Assembly: GCA_965644265.1 (NCBI GenBank)
Contig: OZ286470.1
Span: 52,142,001 to 52,206,000 of the forward strand
Source of the DNA: Glycera tridactyla
Lineage: Eukaryota
Length of the DNA: 64,000 bases
Reading direction: 5' to 3'
Shown here: positions 1 through 14,257 of the stretch, one piece after another
Position numbering within the stretch: position 1 is the first letter of the stretch
Layout: each line of letters starts with the position of its first letter
Position numbers and translations under genes: made by a program
The notes under the pieces: generated by a model
The model's database searches: none
The model's input: only the letters and a program-made list of their open reading frames with translations
What the model was told of the DNA's origin: nothing

Positions 1-934
1 GCCACCATTATATTAACTTTTAAAAGTCGATCTTTCATCGTGAGTCTTTAACCCAAACTTTCAAGTTATATACCAAGTGTGCACTAACTATCTAGACACA
101 GTGTCTTTGACTTTGTTTTATTTCCAGCTAGCTACAGTGGCCACTCCACAAGCGCCCCAGTCAATGATGGAACAAGAAAACAGATACCACATTTAGTAAG
201 GTTTGAGCTCAAACACCTGACTCTTTGGGGGTTGTAATTGTGTTATGCAATGAGGTACCTCACTTCGTCGTTCAATCATGAATAGCCTGTGTACTTGTAT
301 GTCATGAGTTGCCCAATTCTGATATTCACTGGTATTTATGTATTATGAGTTCATCCATACTCGTCATACGTGTTATCTGATTCAGATCTGAATATTCGAA
401 TTGAATTTATTTATTGAATTATGAGTATAACTGACTTTTTGTCTACCTGATACTGTGATATTCAATATTGTTTCATTCAATTTATGATCTGCCATTTACA
501 TTTAATTATGTGAGCCATATACCAATTAAAATATGTATCTACAACTCTATTTATGTGTCTCTTATACTTTTGAACCAACACTTGAGTTCCCTGTGTGAGA
601 GATGAGATGACTTTATAGATTTATGATTTCATTAGAGCTTGGCAAACAATGGGATTCAACATGTAATACTGATCGCGCTTATAACGTCTTTTAGTACAAC
701 GTATATTTTTGTGAACATCGATCCACAGGAGCAATGCCATTTATTTTGATATTGGGATAAATGGGACAAAAGCCCGGTTAGTCTGAAAACATTGCTTCCT
801 GCTGTTCTTGATAATGGGGATTTAATCAGATATAAACTTCTTGCCAAGGTTGCATCTTAAGGAAGAGGAGGGAATACTCCTACAAGCCTGTCGGATGACT
901 GGTTTTATTCCATTGTCATATTGGAAGGATTACA
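1..934 (+). mobile_element. 3' part of a giant LTR (same family as 21996-27149, opposite orientation); runs off the window start
   Basis: 1-934 is the reverse complement of ~21996-22927 (roughly 90-95% identical by eye). Homology stops exactly at ...GGATTACA (934), followed by TACTG, which is not a TGG primer-binding site, so this is a 3' or solo LTR end. Confidence 0.85.
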
Positions 935-1706
935 TACTGTTGAAAATACCATCAGGGTTGCAGCTCAGAGTGGCTCCTGTAGGAAATGGTCTTTTCATTG
1001 AGGTGGTCTCGCAAGCAGGTTCGACTGCATATATATTCTGTGCTGGTAAGTGTGAGAATGAATGATTTGAATTTCCCGCCACTATTCGCGAAAGTGTGGT
1101 TCCCCATCCCCGCCGCTAGGGGACACTATGCGCGCATCTCTCAGTCATTGGAGAATGTTCATGCTCACGCATTTTGTCCACAATCACTGATTGAGCAAGT
1201 TTTTCAGCAAATGATCGACAGATTTTCAAGATTTATGCTGTGAGGCTTCATAATATTTATTCAGGGATATGAGCTGTGTCTGCTCAATTCCGTTCAACAT
1301 ATAGTACACATATAGCTATTTATATACTTCGACGAAAGTTACAATTACTTACATAAACGTATCTGCCAAATTTACAATATCATTATGAGGAGAAAAAATA
1401 GCATGATTCCGGGAAAATAACATGGGNNNNNNNNNNNNNNNNNNNNNNNNNNNNNNNNNNNNNNNNNNNNNNNNNNNNNNNNNNNNNNNNNNNNNNNNNN
1501 NNNNNNNNNNNNNNNNNNNNNNNNNNNNNNNNNNNNNNNNNNNNNNNNNNNNNNNNNNNNNNNNNNNNNNNNNNNNNNNNNNNNNNNNNNNNNNNNNNNN
1601 NNNNNNATTATGAGTACGGTTGAGAACTGCAAAGGCATGTCGGGTTACTATCCCTTGATTGCAAGTTATTTACAAACACAAATCAGGTCTGTTCACTGTC
1701 TTTCAG

Positions 1707-1913
1707 TCACTTTTTAAATACTGGTGGACTTCCAGTATCCTTGGTGATAGATTTAATGCTATTGTAATTGGGCGCACCACGAACACTCAACCTGTTGTCA
1801 CCCATGAATGTTGATGATCTAGATATTGCTAGCATCCCGTGTGCATGACTTCTTGTCAGAGGACCTACCTGTACCACCAAGGCTTCAAATAAACGAATTT
1901 TGACATGGGGCAT
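1707..1913 (-). pseudogene. CR1/L2-type LINE ORF2 C-terminal remnant
   Basis: Translation TRSHAHGMLAISRSSTFMGDNRLSVRGAPNYNSI...VFKK matches the TRS...L.I.R..T..G.R.FSVRG...WN.L......FKK pattern at the end of L2/CR1 ORF2. Confidence 0.55.
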
Positions 1914-4900
1914 ATGAAAGATCCAAATAAAGGGGTTTGTCAGCTTGTTTGTTTGTGCTTGACGTCTTTCGGACCTTCTTGGATTATATCATACTGGGAT
2001 ATACTAAAGAACATAATGAGATTGAAACAAGAGCATGAGGCGATTTAAGTAAAAAAGTCGATCTCCAGTTGTTGTGTTACGGAAATAAGTCAACATATTC
2101 ATTCCGCCCAACCTTGGAGCAAAACGCTAGGGATAATACAGCGGATAAAATTCAGTTTTTGGAAGAAAACGATCGTTTTCGAGGAGTTGGGCTTCGGAGT
2201 CAATGTCTCGATGAATACCTGCATATGGCTAACCTGGACATGGAGCCTCTGAAAAGCTCCGTGGGAGAGCTGAGGTTTCCGGACTCATAAATATATTCAC
2301 AATCTTCCTAATGTCACGGGGCAGATCAAATCATATAGCAACATATGATACCTCATCAATAACTCGCCTCATAATCATGCTTGTATATATTCACCGTCAT
2401 CCATCACTATTTTGAAGTTATATATTATAAATCAAATTCTCGCATCGTCTTCAAGATAAACTCTGCATGAGTTCAATGATATCGACGAATTCAATTGAAG
2501 TGACGTGCCTTCAAAGTGATGTCAATATAACAAAGAAATTGTGCCCTTGTGTGTAAAAAGTTTGTGTCCGTCATTTCCTATCTAGTTTGAAAAATCTAGT
2601 AATCCCATCTATCTTATCGCGTGCTTCACTTGAGCGTAGGAAGTCATAATATCACATTGTGAATGATGGATTTAATCCTGCATCTTTATTAAACTCCATT
2701 CCATCATAAGTACCAGCTGCAGTAATTGGTCAGGGTGTTGGGAATGATTGTGAATGTGGTATTTGGTCTTGTAATGATGACAACTTCGTGCTACCCCCCT
2801 CCCTCGCGCCCTCTCTGTGAACGCGCACTACACTAAAGTCCACTGATTCAGAAGGTTTTCAATGTTATTGAAATGAAATATCATTCCGTACAAAAGAATG
2901 AGTGCCAATGGTGCTGTCAGGGACCTAATGTGACCTCAATGCACAACGTAGATCGAATCAATTCACTAATAGTTGATTTAACATCACATATGGACTCTTG
3001 ACTGTCTTTTCTCATCGTAGCAACTTGTGAGCTGATATGTGGGAGGTAGATCCTTGTCAATGTAACGCCAGCCTGAGTGAAGACATATATTTAGAACAAG
3101 AGTTGCGATAGGTTCATGAACTAGGTATGTCACCACCAAAATTGATTGAAGTGTCACAGGAATGATATGTATGCATATCNNNNNNNNNNNNNNNNNNNNN
3201 NNNNNNNNNNNNNNNNNNNNNNNNNNNNNNNNNNNNNNNNNNNNNNNNNNNNNNNNNNNNNNNNNNNNNNNNNNNNNNNNNNNNNNNNNNNNNNNNNNNN
3301 NNNNNNNNNNNNNNNNNNNNNNNNNNNNNNNNNNNNNNNNNNNNNNNNNNNNNNNNNNNNNNNNNNNNNNNNNNNNNNNNNNNNNNNNNNNNNNNNNNNN
3401 NNNNNNNNNNNNNNNNNNNNNNNNNNNNNNNNNNNNNNNNNNNNNNNNNNNNNNNNNNNNNNNNNNNNNNNNNNNNNNNNNNNNNNNNNNNNNNNNNNNN
3501 NNNGGAATTATCATATCTGACGAAGCGCCACCTTTGTTAGACGATAAATAATATATCTTCATATTCAGAAGGAGGAATTATGAATAATAAGTTCTGAAAG
3601 GAACATTGTTGAAAGCAGACTAAAGAGCAGTCGCCCTGTTCACGCTGAACGCACGAAATCGGAAGATATTTTTTTTTCTTACGAAAAGAATCTCCCATTG
3701 GTATCGACCCTGGTTGTGTTGGGAACACATCAGTACACAAGTGTTGAAGGCATATGACTGGGGCTTTTTAATACCGGTAAAGATCAAATGCTCGCCCACC
3801 ACACCTGTGCAACCCATCTGGAATCACCTACTGAAAAGGTCGTAAAGCCAGGATATAATGCAGACACGACATACGGAGCATTGTGTTCCATTGCATTCAT
3901 CGCCGGTGTTATAGGCGGATGTGTCGACGACCACACCTGAGGTCCGGGATGATGATACTTATGCGATGACTGATGGCAGTGAATTTTGGAAATAGATCAA
4001 TTCACTCATTCATCACTATATCAGTTCAACAGTTATTCAGAGTGTTGAGCTGATGACCAGTATACAGCCATCAAGTACAACCTCCACCCAGTAGGGTGCA
4101 CCATCAATCTGGTATGAGAGCAGCACACAGCGTCAACACAAACAGATGGTACACATCATCAAAAATTGATCCACATATGATAAATGCCCAGATGGCCCTG
4201 AATTTATTGTTCTTTGATTGTGTATGGATAGTTGGGGTGCATTTTGCTGTAATCAACCAATAATTGAATACCTATGTGACCACCCAGATCCCTAATATTC
4301 ACATGGGTGTTTCACACAGAAAGCCCAAGTCTAGATAGTGACACAACGTTTATATAGTGCAAACGACCTCCCAGTCTACATACTCAATAACAAGCTATAT
4401 GCCTGACCCATATTCAGCGTAATTCACATGATCTTTCAGAGATACAAAATTCAAAATGGACATGAGGTTTAGCCCAGACCTGACAACATCCACGTTGGTC
4501 GCAATCTTGGCTATCATGGACGCTATCCCTGTTGCTAGGGCCAGTCAGTAGATAGCATGGGAACTGGAGATCAGGCACCTGCCATCCACCATGTAATCAC
4601 CTTGTCTGTTTGTAAAGAACTTTATCTGAGAAAGGATTGGCCCGAAGGACGGGCAACATCCAATCATGAACAAAATAAACAAAACTAAATTAAGACAATA
4701 TTTACAGATTTGATGAGGTTATGTCAGAATGAGTCACTAGGCAGTTACTGCTATGGCTGCAGATTTGACATCAGATGCAAGAACTACAGAATAGTGAGTA
4801 CGCAGAGCTTGAGTGCTTATAAATCCACAACATCTGACATGATGTTAACCGAATAGCCTGATTCCTAGCCCAGTGCCCAGCCATACTCGGCCTGTTCAGA

Positions 4901-6478
4901 TGGTGGCTACTCATCAACGGTGTAGTGTGTACCAACGGTGTAGTGTGGAGCTGGTTGGGGGGGGGGGGGTATAAGGTCTTCAGTCATGTACAGAGCCTCT
5001 GCTGGGAATGCTTACCAACGTATCGGATGTCACATATATATTGTTCATCAAGGTTCCACAACCACGTATGTAGTCTGACCCAAAACAACCACCGTGGTAC
5101 AACAGCCATTTCTTGAAATACTTCTGTTCCGCAAATCAATATGGTTAACAGTATCTGCCAATGACGGGGCAGGAATACAATGGGTTTTCCAGAAGGCACA
5201 CTTTTTCAAACTTGACCTATCCAAATTTCATTTACGACATAATGTAATACGTGGTGAGCACAAAAGTTCTAGGCACCTGACTACAACCCTAACCCCCGAT
5301 ACAGATAGCAGCTTTAACCTGCTGATACTGATACGCTACAGCGTTTTATGCGCTTCTGAAGTCCAGTCATCTCTTGAATGCACCCAACTCACCGTTAGCC
5401 TGGACCCATTGTACTCGGCCGACCTGAATTATACACCTTCGTCGTCCTGCCATTCGCTCATGGAAAAGAATGCTATCTCATGGCACAATCCGAGGATAAT
5501 GACGCTGAGGACACATCTGGAACCTAATCACTGTGATTATCGTAATGACATGGCCAATTCTTCAACCATGGGAACAGCATGATTGCGTACAGCAATATTT
5601 CCTCCTGGTCTATCTTTCAAGATGAAAGCAAATTATATAGGAGTGCGATGATGACAGAGCGTAATCAAGGTCAGCCACACGCCAAATAATATCCCTTCTT
5701 GCATATATGTCACCATAAGCACAGCACGATCATCACCGTCATCGATCATGAGAGGGTTGATTGATTGATTCAGTAGGGATAAGCGTCACTTCAACCGGGC
5801 AGGACTTATGTTATGTTCATATTCAAGGCGAATACTGTGATAAAAATACTTCAAATCTTTTTTTGGATTAATATTTTTTCCCAGTTTCTCATCACGAAAA
5901 AAACATGAACAGTAGAATAGACCAATCCTGTCACGGGACTTGAAACGTTGAAAGTATGAACATAATAGATGAGTTGCATGACACTATGAATGAGGTGAGA
6001 AATTATTCGGGTTCGGGATAGCGGAGGTGCCTCATCTGCTTGCACAATTTGCAACTTGGTGAATACTAATGAGAGGCCCTGGATGGGCATGCTCTTTCTC
6101 TTGTAAATTGTCGAGAGATATTGGTTGAATTGATTTAATCACATCGTAGCCGACCCCGGTTTCGGTGTTAGATGGCAACTGTATTGCCAACGTATGTGTA
6201 GTGGATGAAGTGGCATAATCGCGATCGCGACCTATATCCATCCATTAGTAGGTACTACATATCCTGGGCAATATTTAGGAGTTTCCCCGACCGTTTGTAG
6301 CCTTTCGTGGTATACCATCACGGGGCCCAAGTGCACCTGAGCACATAGGCCATTCGGCGCCTAGTGCAGGAATGAATAGATATATGCCACAATTCTGACA
6401 GCTCACCTGCGTGAGACGGTACGTCCATCAAGCGCTCCTTTGTCCCCAGAAATGCCCCAACCATAATGATGTAGCAAG

Positions 6479-6590
6479 ACTATATGGCCGTGAAGTAAAA
6501 ACGCAGTACCAAACGAGGTGTGAATTTCACTGAAAGTCACGGGCTGGAGGCCGAGTTTGGCATTGCGCTTTTACTTCATGGTCATATGGT
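6479..6590. repeat. Short imperfect palindrome (36-bp arms, ~40-bp spacer), MITE-like
   Basis: ACTATATGGCCGTGAAGTAAAAACGCAGTACCAAAC (6479-6514) is an imperfect reverse complement of GTTTGGCATTGCGCTTTTACTTCATGGTCATATGGT (6555-6590). Confidence 0.6.
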
Positions 6591-6699
6591 CCTGGTTTTA
6601 TCACATGAATTAGGGGAGAATCATCAAAAAGTGCATCTCGCCAAGCTGTGAAGTATCTCAAGCAATACTCAATGTGATAAAAACTGGAATCAGATAGAT

Positions 6700-7105
6700 A
6701 GATGGATAAATAGATTGATATTGACCTGGATTGTCATAGACAATGTCACAATAATCAAAGATTCGGAGGATGAGAGACCTGTACAGCATCAGCGATGTGC
6801 TTTGACTTAGCACACCCCTGAGTCTACCCAGTCTACCCAGTAACTCCCACTCCTCCAATCATTCAAGATCTCAGGTATAATTCGTCAAGAAATGCTGATG
6901 AACAAGTACCAGTGGAGAAGCCCTTCCGGAAACCAGACTGCTCCTGACACAGTATACCATGAAATTCGAAGTAGCTAGGCAGCTGCAAGTGAACCACCTT
7001 CTCCATGACTTTGCTTATGGAACTTGATAAACTAAATGACCTATAATTTGATTCTACTGCTCGAAGCCTTCCTTGGAAAGGGACAGAATTGTCACAAACT
7101 TCCAA
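6700..7105 (-). pseudogene. Internally deleted non-LTR retrotransposon (CR1/L2-like) reverse transcriptase fragment
   Basis: NYRSFSLSSSISKVMEKVVHLQL...QEQSGFRKGFST (RT domains 0-1, NYRPISL...QSGFRKG.ST) is joined directly to LMLYRSLILRIFDYCDIVY, a post-RT motif. The RT core between them is missing. Confidence 0.8.
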
Positions 7106-9145
7106 CAGATGGCATCATCTAATATCTTGCCTCGCGCGGAATCATCATTTCATTACAGCTGATCAGTGAAACCAAATGACGTAACTAGCATTCAAGCAAA
7201 TGATGAACAGTGTATCTGAATATATCCGAGTAGTGTAGCAGCAGGTTTACAATGTAATAGAGTTGACATTTGACATCGGTATTTTGAGAACCGTTTCCAT
7301 AATACTCTGTCGGGTGCATCGCAATTGAGAAGCAGCATCATGAAGAATAATGAGGAAGTGAAACAAGAGCACCCACNNNNNNNNNNNNNNNNNNNNNNNN
7401 NNNNNNNNNNNNNNNNNNNNNNNNNNNNNNNNNNNNNNNNNNNNNNNNNNNNNNNNNNNNNNNNNNNNNNNNNNNNNNNNNNNNNNNNNNNNNNNNNNNN
7501 NNNNNNNNNNNNNNNNNNNNNNNNNNNNNNNNNNNNNNNNNNNNNNNNNNNNNNNNNNNNNNNNNNNNNNNNNNNNNNNNNNNNNNNNNNNNNNTATCAA
7601 CAACTTCATTCATGAATCGGCACAGTGATCCATGAAACCTGGTAATGAGGTGTGAACAAGAAGCACTACTTTTTCACCTTCTATAATACGAAGTGGGCGT
7701 GCCCGAAGAGCTCGATTGACAGGCATTTACTCCTTGTGCGTAGGTATACGAGCGATCGTATCTGTGTGCTTCGGTGATCGGCCACAAAAACGAGTGTAGA
7801 GACAATTTCGTATTACGTAATCGCTACATTTCCTCAAATTGTCACTCATCAGATCAATAAATCATCTTAAAATTGTGTTAGATTAGATCATTCGATCCTT
7901 TTTACACAGATCTGATCAAGATTATATTGGCCCCGAGAGTCCGTATCGGTGAAGTTAGAAGGTATTTCGAGCAGAGAGGTGGTAGCATAATGATCTCCAA
8001 CGGAGATCACAAAAACGGGCACACAAAGAAGCCTACTTTCAATCTATATCACGGCCTGCTGATTTCGGCATTTTATTCCATGTGTGAACTTTATCCTCTT
8101 TTAAAACATTCATGCATCTAGCCTGAGGTTCGAATACTTCACATAAATAAAAGAGAAATGTAATCCGTCATCCCCGGTGGTGCATCCCAATTGATCACTT
8201 TTAACGCGATCATGTCAGGCACTTAGATTTCACCTTTGGATTATTCACATAATATAAACATGCGGCTATCTCGGAATTGTGTGGATTGTGGATGGGGTCC
8301 TCAATTTCTCATAATCATGCTATGTGAAAAACAAGATATATCAGATTCATGATCAATCCAATTAAATTCAATTCAATCGAATTGAATCCACATCACAGCT
8401 ACAAAATATGATTCACTCAAGCAGACCTCATACGTCCAGCTTATTGGACCATTGAACTGTTCATCCCTGTATATACATACAGATGATCACGTTAGCTTGG
8501 ATCAAGTTGTGTATAAAGTAACTATGATTTCTTTGAATTGTTGCATAGCATAGAAATGGATCCTTCATGAATTTATCCTGACATACGGTACTTGGTAATG
8601 ACCGTAATTTGGGGAGAATTTAAATTTGTTTTTCTAGTATTCTCAGGACATGACTATTGAAAAGTTATGAAATTGTGATCGACTTCCTGCTTGATTTCCT
8701 CTGCTTCTATTCTATATCATCTTGAATTTGCTTTCTATTATTTTTTTTATTTGAGATTCACAGTGGAGAATGATTATATAATTTGCACGAAGGATACGAA
8801 GAATGAATTCGAGCTAAAGGTTTTTCATGTGAATACTTTTCGCATTTGAATGTGACGACTAGAAATGTTTCGAATCTAATGAGTTTTTCTTGTGACTACT
8901 TTTTGAAAGTGAATGTAATGACTGAAAATTTTACTGAAATTGTACATGTAGCTACTTCTTAACATCTTCCTAAGAAATTTCAACATATCAAAATTCTCTA
9001 CTCATCATTTTGCTTTATTACAATTATTTCCTTTTATTGTCTCTATTTGAGAATTTAGTTTACTAACCAGGTGCTTCATCACCTGAAACTGATACGTGAA
9101 ATGAATTTAGAATTAGACTCTGCTATTGAATTCCCAAATATTCCT

Positions 9146-9790
9146 GGTATAAAGATGGCTTATTTAAATATATGCAGCGTGGTGAGGAAAATCGACGAGA
9201 TAAGAGTAGTTTTAGTTGATACTTGGAGAGAGTTTCTTAAACAATAATATTATGGATTTTGAGTTGAATATTATGGGATATACAACATACAGATTTGATC
9301 ATGACCTTGGCATGGGCGAAAGAGAAGGTGGAGGATTATTCATTCATGCTAGAAAAAATAGACATGTGGATTTTTTGCTCGAATGGTCGACGTGTACACC
9401 AGATATTGAATACATATGGCTTAGATTGAACCTGAAGGACACAAGACCAACATATATATGTGGTTATTATCGCCCTCCTGATGGGAACTTATCTATCTGC
9501 TGGACAACAAATATTCAGATATATATATACCTTTGGTATTCATGATGCTATTTTCCTTGGAGACTCCGACAACGATCTGCTCACAAATAATCGACCGAAT
9601 AAACAGTTTAATCTATTTTTGTAAGACAATGAGCTAGTTCAGAATATCAAGAAAGCAACTCGTGTCACAGAAACCTTGATTGATCAAGTATTGGTAAGCA
9701 ACCAAGAATTGTATTCAAGAAATGGCATCCTAGATCTTTGGGTCTCCGACCACTATATGGTGTTCTCGGTGAGGAAAAAGGTCAAAGTAG
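9146..9790 (+). pseudogene. Degraded LINE ORF2 apurinic-like endonuclease (EEP) domain
   Basis: Across frameshifts: GIKMAYLNICSV (GxxxxxLN motif I), LGESFL (E motif), YRFD..GGGL, ICGYYRPP, LIDQVLV and SDHYMV (terminal SDH). Confidence 0.85.
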
Positions 9791-12213
9791 CTGGAACAAG
9801 CCATTACAAAACTTTTCGAGACTTTTCGAGACGATTTCTCAAATATTTCTCAAAGAAAACATACTATAGTGGAAATTATGCATTAGCAGCTATACAACTT
9901 ATTACAGGTTTGTTCCATCCTCCCGTGTCCTTCTTGAAAGGTTTATATTCCGTTTCTGTATTGAAGCCATTTCCAACTTAATGAGAATCATACGACGAGT
10001 GAGCGAGTCCGGCGTCATGTACCGGCTATACTGACATTTTCAGATGAAATGGCCTTATCGTGAGACCCGATTCAGGGAATTGGTATATGTCACAAATATT
10101 GATATTTGTTCCCAACATATTTGATGATCATCAACTGCAATTGGGGGAAAATTACTAATATTGCTCGATCTCATGATAACCATTCAAGCATTTCTATATC
10201 GAAACTTCTGGATCGAAGGAAAATGTCATAGTCATTGTGAATGGATCAATTCAGGCAAAAACAACTCAATCGATACGTCAGGACAGCCTGGAACATAATC
10301 AGGCAACCATGTATCCTAATACTGCGTTGAAACTTGTTGGGCGACTGATTTATTGGTTGAGGAGAAACCGTGGTGACTTGCCATAGAATGTGGGCTGTTG
10401 CCGTCGAATGTCATCGATTCTTAGCAAATGGAGTCGATTGTCGAAAGTACGCAGCAGTCTTTGGATGTATGCTGTTGTCATGGGATGCAGCTACACTCTA
10501 TAGAATGTCACGAGATGTGACTAACTGACTGACTGACAGGCACAGAGACAGACAAACAGACAGGCAGGCAGGCAGGCAGGCAGGCAGACATCCAGACATA
10601 CATCCAGACAGCCANNNNNNNNNNNNNNNNNNNNNNNNNNNNNNNNNNNNNNNNNNNNNNNNNNNNNNNNNNNNNNNNNNNNNNNNNNNNNNNNNNNNNN
10701 NNNNNNNNNNNNNNNNNNNNNNNNNNNNNNNNNNNNNNNNNNNNNNNNNNNNNNNNNNNNNNNNNNNNNNNNNNNNNNNNNNNNNNNNNNNNNNNNNNNN
10801 NNNNNNNNNNNNNNNNNNNNNNNNNNNNNNNNNNNNNNNNNNNNNNNNNNNNNNNNNNNNNNNNNNNNNNNNNNNNNNNNNNNNNNNNNNNNNNNNNNNN
10901 NNNNNNNNNNNNNNNNNNNNNNNNNNNNNNNNNNNNNNNNNNNNNNNNNNNNNNNNNNNNNNNNNNNNNNNNNNNNNNNNNNNNNNNNNNCATGCGGGGG
11001 GGGGGGCTGGGGTTTGTGCATAGGATACAACCGAGACCATCGGAGTTGGAATTCACTGAAGCATGTAACAGAAAATGTCTTTCTATTGTGTAGCTATGTC
11101 CATGAATATCCATCGACCAGATACGCAATGAAATCTGTGGTATTTCATGCTGTTCGCTCGCGTATCATCTCGTTTCCTTCACCCATCAATCCAACCATCA
11201 TATTTTGTACGATTCAACCCTACACTATCCATCATTGACATGTTTGCACCAAAATATCTGTGGTCATCAACAATCTGAACATCTTTCCAATGAAAACTTT
11301 CTCATCTTTTATGACCAGGACTAAGAAATGCCCGAAAACTGTCTGAAAGCCTCCGTGCCAATTTGCAATCAAAGAAAAGTGCCTCAAATGAAGAGCCAAC
11401 TTGACAATAGTGAACTATGGCTGAGGCGGACTTGTTACTGACCACTTGACCTTGATATGCTGACTTCCCTATTCCAACAGAGAATGAATGAAGTCCTCCT
11501 TCGAAATCAAATAAATCTGGTATTTTCGGGCGTTGTCCCCACAGTAACGTATCTATATAAGCAGAATTTCTAGGCAGAAATATTTTGAGCCACAGGAATG
11601 TGCTCCCAGCGTACTCCTTGTAGGCTGAACTCAAATTGAATTAGACCATTTTCAATCTTATGATAGAAAAGTTTGATGTGTCACCGACAACAGGTCTCAT
11701 GATGGCTCCAAGCTTAATATTTCTGTTCGCCCCTTCCTAAACGCTTGGGTTGTGGCTGATCTATCAGCGAAAGGCGATCAAGTGGGAGTGGATTATATCT
11801 ATCATATGAATGTATTACAGAGGGAGGTACTCATTTGTCTGGTTTGTACAGCCCGCTGAGGCACAACATTAACTGGAAAAAGTAGAGCAGCACACTACCT
11901 TGAAAACAGGACGAGTAATTCAGGCAGGCTTTACAGAAACGCTCCAATTTAACTCGTCTGTGCGGCTCTTGGATGTCACAAGCTACAGGTTGTGTTAGGA
12001 GATCAATAAACCAATATCCATGCAAAATGACTTCGAACTTGAGAGTCCAGCGGGCCATTATCCAGATGATTTCCCGGCGTCTTTCTAAGGAATTCGGGAT
12101 ATATGCTGACCCACTTCCAGCTCGAGTAGATAGCGATATCGTCACTGCTATTGGGCTTATCAGATTGTGAAGCTTGTCAGCAAAACACAGATGCACAGTG
12201 GGTGGGATATCTG

Positions 12214-12755
12214 ATAGAAACAGGTAGGTATTAACACCCAGGTTAAACAATTAACCCTGGGGGGGGGTAATACACAACCTGGTTTCTCCTCCAAATTCAG
12301 CATCTGAAAAAAAACACGGATGGCGGGAAAATTCTCTGAATATAACCTATATACAAGGACTGAGACCAATCAGACGTCATTAGGCGGAAAAACAAATGCC
12401 TGACCTGCAAAGATGGGACCCAAAGAATACAAATCCATTGCCTGTCCACATAGATCACGCAGATGATAAGTCACAAAGGTATGGCAAGACCGCAAAAAAA
12501 AGAGGACTTCATGAGATCCTTCAACGAAGAGGTCCTGTTGAACATACACCAAGAGGCAGCTGAGGCACGAAGTTGATGAGCAGAGATCTCAGCGTGATCC
12601 AGGCAATCTTCATCAGTGGCGATATATGCACCGTGCACAATATTATTGTTTAATGTTAGAACGTGGGCAGGTCACCAAAGATGAATGCTAAATGTGAAGG
12701 AGAAACAGGTAGGTATTAACACCCAGATTAAATAAGTAAACTTGGGGGGGGGGGA
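12214..12755 (-). mobile_element. Remnant of a second DIRS1-like family: ICR, tyrosine recombinase C-terminus and one ITR end with hairpin
   Basis: ORF 12370-12552 (SHEV...HTFVTYHLRDLCGQAMDLYSLGPI) aligns with the YR C-terminus at 18821-19000 (AHEVRA...NTFTTYYQRHMCGRAQSSYSLGPI). 12214-12305 resembles the ICR at 18578-18668. 12680-12755 (GAATGCTAAATGTGAAGGAGAAACAGGTAGGT...CCCAGATTAAATAAGTAAACTTGGGG) resembles the ITR end at 21463-21526. Confidence 0.8.
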
Positions 12756-13139
12756 GTTTATTTCTAACATGCCTTCTTCATGGTATACAGTTGAACTGTA
12801 GAAGACACTTCCCCACACACGTTCCCATCGTTCGCAGTATTCGCATTTTGGCCTATTTCGACGAGATATGTAGACTTCGAGGAAAGGCTTGTACCAGTTA
12901 GTTCTGGATAGGACATACACCGAATAGTGTCAGTCATAATACAATAGAAGCATTGATTTTATTCACAACGCCAACAACAAATTCAGCTATGCAATACATT
13001 ATGTACAACACTCGAAGGCTTTTGTCCTCTTGTAATTCGATGTATCTACACCAAGTGACTGAATGTAGAATCATATATGTCAGCAACGCTGGTCACTTGC
13101 AGTCGAGCAAGTCGATATTGGTGCGTGCACTATCCAGCG

Positions 13140-13293
13140 ATGGCTTCCCTCTTTATATTCGGGCTTGTTTCCAGCATGACATGTGGCTCAGCGTTATTCT
13201 CCAGGAACATCACCATGCGTTACGACCTGGCCCTGACACCAGCGCCACAAGCTATACTGCAAGTGAAAAATGCCAGCCTACTTCACTGTGGAA
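13140..13293 (+). CDS. Exon 1 of secreted PAN-like/jacalin lectin gene: signal peptide and start of PAN-like segment
   Basis: ATG at 13140 gives MASLFIFGLVSSMTCGSALFSRNITMRYDLALTPAPQAILQVKNASLLHCG. Hydrophobic N-terminus; donor A|GTAAGT at 13294 (phase 1). Confidence 0.8.
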
Positions 13294-14120
13294 GTAAGTA
13301 CCTTGAGAAATTTGATACACAAACCATGCAGGGCATTTCATATTGCATGCCATTTTGAGCAACTCGTCATGACCATCATGTCCGCCTCCATCACTCTATT
13401 GAGTGAGATGCAATAAGTCGGTGAGCAAATTGATTGTCAATTTCCAAAGCACTACCTAATACGTGATGACCTATGAGGAGTATGAATCAGGCAATATGAT
13501 GATGGAACATTTGTGAAGCAGTCATTGGCAAGGAGCCCACGAGTGATGACTTTGGATGGGGTGTATGTAAGTATGTAATCATATCTCTTCTCTGGTTACC
13601 AAGCAAGCATGAAGAAACAACGGGCGCATCGACTGATACGGAGGCGATACTCTCTATTATGAAGCGTCATATACTGAATTCACAATTCTCATGACTCGAA
13701 ACTGGATGCTCCTGTATTCGGTTTTCATGTCAGAATCCTTGACCATACGTCCTATGCCTTCCTGGATCTCTAAAAGGCCCTGCACTACGAAGCTCTATTA
13801 TCTGGACATGCCGAAAATGGGATCTTAGATAGTGATATTGCCCGGACATAGGTCTCTCCAAATTATAAATTTTCTCAGATTGTAGGCATCTGTTTGGCTT
13901 TGCTACATAGACTTGTGATGTGGACTCTCGGCGTCTCAGTTGTGTACAATCGAGTATATCATTTATTATCCATCTAATCACTGTTCACTGGTGTGTGTCT
14001 GTGTGTGTGTCTGCGTGCATGTACGTGTGTGCATGTGCGTATAAAATGCCAATGAAGAGTTTGGGCATTGCTACCCCCGCAATTCCGTAATATTGTGACA
14101 TTTGCTATTATATTCTGCAG

Positions 14121-14257
14121 TGTTGATGGTGTCCCAAGGGACGAGGATAGCAGAATATTTTGACCAGACCTGCCACCTCATCAACTTCTGCCATGACACT
14201 GTGGTTGTTGGCCCCCAACTCAACCATATCCTTTTCCACTATGATTATGCACAACCG
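14121..14257 (+). CDS. Exon 2 of PAN-like/jacalin gene
   Basis: Acceptor TATTCTGCAG| and donor CCG|GTGAGT, phase 1 in and phase 0 out. Encodes (M)LMVSQGTRIAEYFDQTCHLINFCHDTVVVGPQLNHILFHYDYAQP, with no stops. Confidence 0.75.

Noticed and set aside
8120-8140. B-box-like GGTTCGAATAC (also near 63541) suggesting a tRNA or SINE
   Set aside because: No A box or cloverleaf could be built.
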